A DNA stretch of 64,000 nucleotides, taken from positions 62,142-126,141 of the IMG/VR virus record IMGVR_UViG_3300032797_000632; one strand, 5' to 3'. Both the position numbers and the translations under genes were made by a program. Source of the stretch: a virus. The notes beneath the pieces were generated by a model. The model was not told the origin of the DNA. It did no database searches and saw nothing but the letters and a program-made list of their open reading frames with translations. Below are positions 56,750-64,000 of this stretch, in pieces. Each line of letters begins with the position of its first letter. Position 1 is the stretch's first letter.

Positions 56750-57136
56750 ATGCCCGAAGAGGGATATACATCATCGCAGATCGAAAAGGCCTTCAGCCGG
56801 CTGATGGACATCTACAACAAGATGCAGGAGGATATGGATCTGGTTGGCGAGATTTCTAGGCAGGCTGACAGCATGGCCAAGGACCTTCTGCGGGTGCAGG
56901 CTAGGATCGAGAAGCAAAGCTCCCGCCTGATTGATGAGATGAACAAACTTCCGGGCGGAAGCCACGAGGGAAATGAATTCTCGGGCGATCTAAACATCAT
57001 CGCCGCATTGCTGGACGATCCGATAAGCGTGCTGGAGGAGATGGCCGGGCTCTACGCCGAGATCGATGCGAAGGTGGGGGATGTCGAAATCATCATCGAT
57101 AATTTCATCAGGGGCCTGCCTAGTCGAGAGGAATAA
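56750..57136 (+). CDS. Small acidic helical protein
   Basis: ATG after a G-rich RBS. Confidence 0.55.
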   Translation: MPEEGYTSSQIEKAFSRLMDIYNKMQEDMDLVGEISRQADSMAKDLLRVQARIEKQSSRLIDEMNKLPGGSHEGNEFSGDLNIIAALLDDPISVLEEMAGLYAEIDAKVGDVEIIIDNFIRGLPSREE

Positions 57137-57150
57137 AAAGGAGAAAGACA

Positions 57151-57471
57151 ATGCCAAAGGAAGAACCGGAAACCTTCGACGACATAAGGGACGATCTGCG
57201 GGAGGAAGCCGAAGAGGATTCTCTGGCGATAGCCAAGAACTTCATCAAGGAAGCCAAGGCGTGGACCCGGGAATGGTGGGAAACTTTGGTCGATTCGAGC
57301 GCCGATCAGCTGTGGGACACGGGCGGGCTGATGCTCGGGCGGGATCTCAAGCGGGACGAGAAGGCCGAGTGCAAGGTCATAGCAAAGGAGGAGTTGGCGG
57401 CGGCCCTGAATGCGGTTAGGGGCCAATGGACGGACATCCTCGACGAGCTGATCGACAGGATCGAGGGATAG
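57151..57471 (+). CDS. Small acidic helical protein (paralogue family)
   Basis: LGRDLKRDE motif; AAGGAG RBS. Confidence 0.6.
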   Translation: MPKEEPETFDDIRDDLREEAEEDSLAIAKNFIKEAKAWTREWWETLVDSSADQLWDTGGLMLGRDLKRDEKAECKVIAKEELAAALNAVRGQWTDILDELIDRIEG

Positions 57472-57480
57472 GGAGGAGCC

Positions 57481-57825
57481 ATGCCGAGGGACGATAAATG
57501 GCCGGAGGATGTGGCGCCGGAGCTGTTCGAGGATAGGGTTCCCGACATCACGACAGAGGCGTGGGACGACCTCGTGGCGGTCCTGCTGGACGATGCGGAA
57601 AAACGCATAGGGCAGATGATGTCCAACCTAGCGCAGGAGATTGCCTCCACCCGGAAATGGGCACGCACGGCCCTTGACCGGGATCTGAAGCAGTCCGAGG
57701 ACCAGGAGCTGGTCAGGATGTTTCGGGAGCACATGAGCGAAAGCATGGAGGAGAAGGCGAACAATTTCCTAGACGGGCTCGAGCCCATGTTGCAAAAGGC
57801 GATCAAGGGAATCGGCAGGGAATAA
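57481..57825 (+). CDS. Small acidic helical protein (paralogue family)
   Basis: LDRDLKQSE motif; GGAGG RBS. Confidence 0.6.
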   Translation: MPRDDKWPEDVAPELFEDRVPDITTEAWDDLVAVLLDDAEKRIGQMMSNLAQEIASTRKWARTALDRDLKQSEDQELVRMFREHMSESMEEKANNFLDGLEPMLQKAIKGIGRE

Positions 57826-57840
57826 ACAGGAGGATTCGCA

Positions 57841-58164
57841 ATGTCAAGGGAATTAACAAGGCGGGCGGTGTCCGAAGAAGAGATGACGGTGCTCAACGAG
57901 CTCCGGAAAAGGTTCGACCTAGTGGGGTCGGTTTCCGATGCGGCTATCATCCTGTCCGAGGGCTTGCAAAACACGATGGATGAGGCCCGGGACTATGGCC
58001 TGATGCTGGCAGAGAAGATATGCGAGGACCGGGCCATCGATCCCGAGGTGGTTCGGAGCGAGGCGATCCAGGACTTCATTTGGGACTCCGCCATTCAAGA
58101 CATCCGGGAGCTGTTCGAAAACTGGATGAGGCTCGAGGGCGGGGTGCCGGTGGGGTATAAATAG
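57841..58164 (+). CDS. Small acidic helical protein
   Basis: AGGAGG RBS. Confidence 0.55.
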   Translation: MSRELTRRAVSEEEMTVLNELRKRFDLVGSVSDAAIILSEGLQNTMDEARDYGLMLAEKICEDRAIDPEVVRSEAIQDFIWDSAIQDIRELFENWMRLEGGVPVGYK

Positions 58165-58172
58165 GGGGCACC

Positions 58173-58424
58173 ATGCTGATAGTCGTCAAGGAGAGCGATT
58201 TTACTATTGAGCACAACCATTACTTTTCCGAAGCTTCGACCCTTGGCCTTCGCCCCGGGCAATGGCCCGATTTCCTGGTGATCGCAGATGAGTTGGGATA
58301 CGGGAAGCTCGTGCAGTTTCGGCACATGGGACAGAGCCAGGATCCGGCGGAGGATATGGAATGGGCCGACTATGAAAGCGTGGACAAAGACGGCCCGGAT
58401 TCGGTGACGATCTACAGCGATTGA
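58173..58424 (+). CDS. Hypothetical protein
   Basis: EASTLGLRPGQWP motif; fits the operon packing. Confidence 0.55.
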   Translation: MLIVVKESDFTIEHNHYFSEASTLGLRPGQWPDFLVIADELGYGKLVQFRHMGQSQDPAEDMEWADYESVDKDGPDSVTIYSD

Positions 58425-58426
58425 CA

Positions 58427-58498
58427 GGCTGGAAATGAAACCCCGGGGCTGGAAATTTCCGGGCTAAATGACCCCGGTTACAGGCTACGGCTGGAAAT
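58427..58498 (+). repeat. Three direct repeats of GGCTGGAAAT
   Basis: Copies at 58427, 58447 and 58489 in an intergenic gap. Confidence 0.7.
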
Positions 58499-58521
58499 TT
58501 TGAAGGGCATGTGAACGCAAA

Positions 58522-59265
58522 ATGGGAACCGGACAATGCGCCACCTGCAATATGCCCCCGGAGATACAGGAGGCGATTTATGACCTCCATGTCCGGCAGG
58601 ATTTAAACCCGCTACAGACCTACCAAAAGCTCTGCCAGTTAATCAAGGAGCGGGGGAACGGGATCAAGCCCCCGGCCAAGAGCGCCTTTTACAACCACAT
58701 AAAGAGGCACCTCGACCCGGAGCGGACCGCACTGATGCGGATCGCCAAGAGCCAGGAGCGGGCGGATACCCGGGGCGGGCTGAGGGGAGTCACCATCTCC
58801 TACCTGCTGGAGCAGTTCAAGCGGGAGCAGGAGAACCGCAAGACCCTCCAGAAGATCATCGACAAAATCGACAGGACGATAAAGGACGGGAAGGCCTGGG
58901 TGACCCTCAAGGACGGAACGAGCATCGAGGTGGACATGAGCCCCATAGACCTGTCCAGCCTGTCCAAGGCGCTGGGCTACTTGTGTAAAATCAGGTCGGA
59001 GGACCAGGGCTTGACCGAGATGGTCCAGGGTAAGGTCATGGAGGACATGATCGCCGGGATAATGAACCAATGCGGGCGGGTTATGGTGGTCCAAATGAAG
59101 GAGGGGCGGGAGCAGGTCCGGACCATCGTCAAGGGCCCGCAGAAGGAGGAGCTGGTAGCGGTCCTGGACCAGATCATGGCCAAGACGCTCGAGGGCATGG
59201 AAAAGATATACGGGGAGGCGGTGGGGGAGATCGCTACCTTGATCAAATCAAAAATCAAAGGATAA
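58522..59265 (+). CDS. Possible terminase small subunit / Zn-HTH DNA-binding protein
   Basis: CxxC...KSAFYNHIKRH N-terminal HTH-like region followed by a coiled coil. Confidence 0.45.
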   Translation: MGTGQCATCNMPPEIQEAIYDLHVRQDLNPLQTYQKLCQLIKERGNGIKPPAKSAFYNHIKRHLDPERTALMRIAKSQERADTRGGLRGVTISYLLEQFKREQENRKTLQKIIDKIDRTIKDGKAWVTLKDGTSIEVDMSPIDLSSLSKALGYLCKIRSEDQGLTEMVQGKVMEDMIAGIMNQCGRVMVVQMKEGREQVRTIVKGPQKEELVAVLDQIMAKTLEGMEKIYGEAVGEIATLIKSKIKG

Positions 59266-59278
59266 AAAAGGAGGGACA

Positions 59279-59653
59279 ATGCCGGATCAAGAATGGGACG
59301 ACATCGTTGACGATGTTTTGGACAAGGTGGGGGAGGGGCTCGATTCGCTGGCCGACAAGTTTTACGAGAAGGCGAAAAAGAGCATGGAGCGGGAGGCGGT
59401 CTCCTGGCGGGAGGCGGTCGAAAAGCTGATGGTGGGCCTGCGGGATTCCGCCGAGAAGAAGATCGGGAGGGCCCTGAAAAAGAGGGAGGAGTCCGAGATC
59501 GTCGAGACGGCGCTGGAGTTGGCGGATCTCCACACGGACGATGAATATTACAGGTTCACCGAGGACCTGCAGGTGTTGATCGCCGAGGAGATGCGGAAAA
59601 TCGCCTGGCCGAAGGGGGCCAGACAGGGAGGGGATAAAAATGGGGAAATTTGA
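59279..59653 (+). CDS. Small acidic helical protein (paralogue family)
   Basis: WDDIVDDV and IGRALKKRE motifs. Confidence 0.6.
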   Translation: MPDQEWDDIVDDVLDKVGEGLDSLADKFYEKAKKSMEREAVSWREAVEKLMVGLRDSAEKKIGRALKKREESEIVETALELADLHTDDEYYRFTEDLQVLIAEEMRKIAWPKGARQGGDKNGEI

Positions 59654-60197
59654 GCGGGAGCTGTTTAACGACATCGTCGACGACCTGATAAGGGTCGTCA
59701 TCACGGAAAAGATGGGGCTCGATGTACCCACCCGGGAGGAGGATATTGGCCAGATACTGCGCAACCTCGGCAAGGCCCGAGACAGGGAAGGCCGGGCCCT
59801 TATGGATGCCCTTGTCGAAATGGTGGAGGCGATCGAGGACGAGGCGGACCTCTATTACGCCGGTGCGGGCGCCGGCACCCCGGAAAGGGGGGCTAGGCGG
59901 GCCCTGGGGGCCACCGGGGGGCATGATGTGATGGCCCGGGTGCTGCTCGGCACGCGCGAGGCGGCGGGGAGTGCCCTCCAGCCGGTGTACGACATCCTTC
60001 GGGACTACATTGACCGGGCCCTTGGCCGGCTCAAGAGGGAGGGGCTGACCGTGGGGATCGAGGACTCGGAGCTGGACCTCGTGGTCTATGTGCACGGGGT
60101 GGAGGCCGACTCGCCCAGGCAGGCCGGGGAGCTGGTCTTCAACCAGCTGAAGAGGGACGGGGCCATGGTCGTGGCGGAGGTCCAGCCGCAGATATAG
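59640..60197 (+). CDS. Acidic hypothetical protein
   Basis: FNDIVDDL start resembles its neighbours. Confidence 0.55.
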   Translation: MGKFERELFNDIVDDLIRVVITEKMGLDVPTREEDIGQILRNLGKARDREGRALMDALVEMVEAIEDEADLYYAGAGAGTPERGARRALGATGGHDVMARVLLGTREAAGSALQPVYDILRDYIDRALGRLKREGLTVGIEDSELDLVVYVHGVEADSPRQAGELVFNQLKRDGAMVVAEVQPQI

Positions 60198-60200
60198 GCC

Positions 60201-60551
60201 ATGCCGACCAAAGAGAAACGGGAGCCCATGCCGGAGGCCCTGCGGGAGTTTCTGGACGACATCAAGCTCGGCGACTTCGAGTACCGGGTCCTGTCCGAGC
60301 GGGGGGCGGCCTACGAGCGGGAGATCGGCAAGGCGGCCACCGGGGTGCTGGCGGACATATGCATGCGGATATGGCACGAGAGCGTTGAGCGGGCCGAGGC
60401 CCTGGCGGGCGGCAGGCCCCTGACAGACGGGGAGAGGGAGATCATAGGCCGGGGGGTGGTATCCCTGGCCGAGTCGCTTTTCGGGGCCATCGACCCGGAC
60501 TCGCTGGTCGACTGGCAGGCGATAAGGAAAGTCTATGAGAGGGGGAGGTAG
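60201..60551 (+). CDS. Small acidic helical protein (paralogue family)
   Basis: GGRPLTDGE motif. Confidence 0.55.
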   Translation: MPTKEKREPMPEALREFLDDIKLGDFEYRVLSERGAAYEREIGKAATGVLADICMRIWHESVERAEALAGGRPLTDGEREIIGRGVVSLAESLFGAIDPDSLVDWQAIRKVYERGR

Positions 60552-60552
60552 C

Positions 60553-60813
60553 ATGCCGAAGGACATAGAGGTTGAGATCATAAGGCCGGGAAAGGACTGC
60601 CCGATCCGCGGGATGACGCCGGACGACCTGGGAATGAAGCCCGGGGACGAGAGTGTGATCCCGGACGAGGAGATGGGGGGGCACACCTACCTCTGCTCGA
60701 AGGGGTGGAGGATGTGCGAGTTCTTCGCCGGGTATAATTACGAGCACAACACGGTGGAGTGCGACGCCGAGGGGTGGTCGGGGTACAAAAAGAAAAGCCC
60801 GGGCCGGGGATAG
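60553..60813 (+). CDS. Small Cys-containing protein
   Basis: GGAGGT RBS; four Cys. Confidence 0.5.
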   Translation: MPKDIEVEIIRPGKDCPIRGMTPDDLGMKPGDESVIPDEEMGGHTYLCSKGWRMCEFFAGYNYEHNTVECDAEGWSGYKKKSPGRG

Positions 60814-60832
60814 GCCGGGGGGAGGAATCAAG

Positions 60833-61069
60833 ATGCCGAACATACCGATAGCGCATATGCAGGCATGGCGGAACGGGGACGCCGTTGTGATTCCAACCAA
60901 GAGGTGCCCGCTATTGTCCCTCTCGTATGAGGAGACGGTCAAGATCGAGAACGAGGAGGGGGATCTCCTTTGGGCAGATGATGGTCCGTGGTGCAAAGGA
61001 TATAAAGGCAAGGTGTGCCCGTTCTTCCGCGAGGCGACCTGCGGGGCCTCGATAGATTGCGGGTTTTGA
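60833..61069 (+). CDS. Small Cys-containing protein, probable paralogue of 60553
   Basis: CP...C...C.FF...C spacing shared with the upstream ORF. Confidence 0.5.
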   Translation: MPNIPIAHMQAWRNGDAVVIPTKRCPLLSLSYEETVKIENEEGDLLWADDGPWCKGYKGKVCPFFREATCGASIDCGF

Positions 61070-61085
61070 AAAAGGGGGGGAGAAG

Positions 61086-61634
61086 ATGCCAGATTTCAGA
61101 TATTACGATGTGTTCGTTCCGCGGGGGTACGGGCGGAAGGTCGAGAGGCTCTTGGAGAACCTGCGGGGCACCGATGTGGTGGCCGGGCCCGTCAAGGATG
61201 GGATCGCCGAGATGGTGAGAATAATGAGCGATCTGCTCGCCCCGGAGATTGAGAGGGTTCTTAACCGGGACCTCGGCAAGGACATGGCCACGGTGGCGGA
61301 ATCCGAGTACGTCGAGGAGGTCGAGGCCCGGCGGAGCCTTTCCGGGGCCGAGGCGATATCGAAGGACCTGCGGAAGGAGCTGGAGAGGATGGCCGACGGG
61401 ATGTCCGACATCAGCATCGGCTCGATAAATCTGGCCGGCATCGTCCAGAGGGGGATAGACGAGGCGAGCCGTTCGGACGAGGTGCAGTTCTGGCTCGGGG
61501 ACATGGCGAAATGGCTGAGGGAGTTCCAGGGCGAGCTGGAAAACCTAGGAAGGATGTTCTCGGACATCAGATGGGCTTACGAGCAGATAACGAATGCGGA
61601 GGAGGACGAAGCGGTTCGAAAGAGGTATAAATAG
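61086..61634 (+). CDS. Acidic helical protein (paralogue family)
   Basis: LNRDLGKD motif. Confidence 0.55.
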   Translation: MPDFRYYDVFVPRGYGRKVERLLENLRGTDVVAGPVKDGIAEMVRIMSDLLAPEIERVLNRDLGKDMATVAESEYVEEVEARRSLSGAEAISKDLRKELERMADGMSDISIGSINLAGIVQRGIDEASRSDEVQFWLGDMAKWLREFQGELENLGRMFSDIRWAYEQITNAEEDEAVRKRYK

Positions 61635-61641
61635 GCGGAGG

Positions 61642-62208
61642 ATGAGCATGCCATTCCAGAAGAAAAGACCCGCAGAGATTTGCCACGAATGTGGAAAGCC
61701 GATCCAGGGGGAGCCGGTATACCTGCCCGTCCATCGCACGGGTGACCCCTTTGAGCCCTTCTGTAAGGAGTGTGAGGGGAACGCCCGCGGGGTGATGGAC
61801 GATGATGGCCCTGGGGGACGGAGGAGGTTGTTGGAGGAGATCCGCCCGGAGTGGGAGCACTTGTCCTCCCGGAGAATGAGGGCGAAGCGGATCGTCTTTG
61901 GGGACGAGGGGGAGGAGCCCCGTGGGGTAGCCGGCAAGGCCCGGGAGGTTCGGGAGGCGTTGACAAAAAGGTCAACAGGAAAAAGCGGGGCGGAGATCCC
62001 GGCCAACCTCGAGTACGCCTTCTGCGACGACTGGTTCATCTACGCACAGGACCCGGACAGCGACGACCTGTACTTTGTGAGCACCGAGCTTTGGCCGGAG
62101 TGGGCGGACTATACCGAGGCGCAGATGGACGAGGAAAAGGCCGTCGAGAAGTACATGCTTCCGGTGGCCAAGAAGAAATGGGAAACGCTTCCCTGGGAGA
62201 AGGCCTGA
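61642..62208 (+). CDS. Zinc-ribbon hypothetical protein
   Basis: CHECG...CKEC; GGAGG RBS. Confidence 0.55.
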   Translation: MSMPFQKKRPAEICHECGKPIQGEPVYLPVHRTGDPFEPFCKECEGNARGVMDDDGPGGRRRLLEEIRPEWEHLSSRRMRAKRIVFGDEGEEPRGVAGKAREVREALTKRSTGKSGAEIPANLEYAFCDDWFIYAQDPDSDDLYFVSTELWPEWADYTEAQMDEEKAVEKYMLPVAKKKWETLPWEKA

Positions 62209-62227
62209 AACCAAAGGAGGGGTTCAA

Positions 62228-62509
62228 ATGGCGACGATACAAATGGACAATTACCGGGCGGCGATCAACGAGATGACCGGACTGCTCGAGGCGCTCAAGG
62301 AGGCTACGGTGATGGTCGAGAACAGGATCGCGGAGGCCGAGATCGCCGGAAACAAGGAGGTCGCAGGGATCGGCGTCGAGGCCGTGGTCGATACCTCCAA
62401 GGACAAGGTCAAGGCGGCCCTGGGCGGGATGATCGGCGACACCCACGACTGCATCTGGAACCTCAATGAGATCAGGGAGATCGTCCGGATGCTGAGGGAG
62501 GGGTTCTAG
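62228..62509 (+). CDS. Small helical protein
   Basis: AAGGAGG RBS. Confidence 0.55.
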   Translation: MATIQMDNYRAAINEMTGLLEALKEATVMVENRIAEAEIAGNKEVAGIGVEAVVDTSKDKVKAALGGMIGDTHDCIWNLNEIREIVRMLREGF

Positions 62510-62756
62510 GAATGGCGGTGGCCGAGAAAAAATGGGACTGGCTGCCTTGGGAAAAGGCGTAAAGCCAACCTCGGCAAGGCGGACAAGTTGGACGACATCT
62601 TCGAGCACACGGACGAGGTCGACACGGGCCGGGTACCTCTGGCTGGTGCAGTGTCCGATGCTTATTCCACGGGCGTCACCTTCGTCCAGATCGGGAATGC
62701 GATCAAGGAGCTGGCGACGGCCATGAAAAAGGGGTCGTAGGCACGCCCCCTCGCCC

Positions 62757-63854
62757 ATGAGCAAAACCGCAACAGCCTGCCCGCTCCGGACCACCTCGCA
62801 CGGGGGGATGCCGGACTTCGGCGGTTACGGGTCCGACACCGAGTACGAAGTGGGGGCGGGGATAATAGCCGAGTCCGCCCACTGCATCCTCGGGTCCCTT
62901 GGCCGGGCCTACCGCAGGCTGGAGGGCGAGTGGAACCCCGACTTGGAGTGGGGCCACATCCGGGAGGAGATCAGCCTGATCAAGGGTGCCATGTCGGAGT
63001 ACCCCCGCCCGGTCTACCTCGACCAGATAAACGACCCGGAAAGGCGCAAGCAGAGCGCCTACATCAAGTCGAGCATAAAGAGCATCAACGATGTCTCCCC
63101 GGGGCTCCAGGGCCAGGCGGAGGCGATGAGGGTGGCCCTCCGGTCCCAGTCGGATGTGCCGGCCTGGGCGATGGAGATCGGCACCCATAGCTATGATGTG
63201 ATCATCGCTCTGGCTCGGGCGATGAAGGCCAGCGTGGCCGGATGGCCAGGCGAGATCCCGCAGGCGATGTCAGCGTTCAGAAACCCGGGGCTGTCCACTG
63301 CGGTGGCAAACCTCGGGACGGCGATAAACAAATGGGAGGGGGTTATGGGGCGAGAGGTGGAGGGTGGTGCTGGTCTGGCCGGCAAGGCGGGGGCCATCCG
63401 GCTCCTGCTCCGGGGGGGCGGGCTGATCAGGAAAAAGGTGAAGAAGAATGATCTCCCCACGCTCTACCGGCCCTTCGTCGATGTGTTCTACCAATTCAAG
63501 GGGGCGGAGGACGATCCCGGATCCGAGCTTCGGGAGGAGCTGGCGGATCTGGCCCACGAGCAGTGGTCGGGCTGGATGCGGTACCTATTCGAAAACTGGA
63601 ACGATGATTCAGTCGCCCGGTGGAAGAGGCAGATGGAAACGCCCTACACCGAGCTGTCCGAGGAGGAGCAGGACAGTGACCGGAAGGAAGCGGACCGGGT
63701 GCTGGCTGTTTTGAAAAAGCATGGGGTGGAGGCCAGCCGGCGCCAAGAGGTGGTCGAGCTCCCCCGGGAGGTGACCGAGGCCCTAGCCCTGCTACCGGAG
63801 ACCGGGATGGGGTATCAGATGATCCTGAACGGGAAATGGCTGGTGGTTCGATGA
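62757..63854 (+). CDS. Hypothetical protein with RyR-like C-terminal motif
   Basis: LADLAHEQWSGWM...PYTELSEEEQDSDR. Confidence 0.5.
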   Translation: MSKTATACPLRTTSHGGMPDFGGYGSDTEYEVGAGIIAESAHCILGSLGRAYRRLEGEWNPDLEWGHIREEISLIKGAMSEYPRPVYLDQINDPERRKQSAYIKSSIKSINDVSPGLQGQAEAMRVALRSQSDVPAWAMEIGTHSYDVIIALARAMKASVAGWPGEIPQAMSAFRNPGLSTAVANLGTAINKWEGVMGREVEGGAGLAGKAGAIRLLLRGGGLIRKKVKKNDLPTLYRPFVDVFYQFKGAEDDPGSELREELADLAHEQWSGWMRYLFENWNDDSVARWKRQMETPYTELSEEEQDSDRKEADRVLAVLKKHGVEASRRQEVVELPREVTEALALLPETGMGYQMILNGKWLVVR

Positions 63855-64000
63855 TTAGTTGGTATTCAAGATGAGCAAGAACGGCGAAGATTTATTGAAG
63901 TGCAAGCATAAGATCGAGGAGGTGATTCCGGTTCTCGAAGATCTGCTGGCACGAACCAAATGCAAGTTTGTGAAAGAAGTTCTGCCGGGGCAAATATCCA

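Noticed and set aside
2341-60686. Long antisense and alternate-frame ORFs (e.g. 2341-3720, 37650-38915, 41711-43201, 59556-60686) and the + strand ORFs over both tnpB genes
   Set aside because: Shadow ORFs of GC-rich coding sequence overlapping better-supported genes
1-64000. Genome-wide stop-codon reassignment
   Set aside because: TGA, TAG and TAA all end well-defined genes; only the 12189 TGA looks like readthrough

Overview
A 64 kb segment of a large, GC-rich tailed phage with a contractile (myovirus-type) tail; almost all real genes lie on the + strand. 1-37 kb: tail sheath, two tail tubes, a frameshifted tail chaperone, tape measure, baseplate, six glycosyltransferase-like genes, a Gly/Cys-rich tail fibre, a lysis cassette, and two stand-alone tnpB genes on the - strand. 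37-54 kb: AAA+/DUF1257/DUF2997/DUF3150 module, two HARE-HTH proteins, SbcD and SbcC, MerR, a DnaC-like loader, HNH genes and two tRNAs. 54-64 kb: small acidic paralogues and a possible terminase small subunit. The standout is a 2.7 kb AT-richer cassette (44369-47011) between sbcD and sbcC. It encodes two paralogous single-domain RAMP/Cas7-like proteins and a 94-aa ORF, and holds ten non-coding units of 10-19 tandem GGY-NN pentamers (constant GGY, variable dinucleotide); the eight array units end in a conserved GGTTTTTATTTAA-GGGG-type tail. It is not a CRISPR array. It looks like a programmable RNA-guided system whose information sits in the NN dinucleotides (VIPR-like architecture). Secondary highlights: an in-frame UGA with a bacterial SECIS-like hairpin in a baseplate-region gene, a TTCCAC-N4-GTGGAA palindrome dispersed across the window, a recurrent GCACCATA upstream motif with a HARE-HTH/sigma-like protein, and an endolysin whose first zinc-ligand motif is out of frame. 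All calls come from motif recognition and synteny only; no database searches were run.
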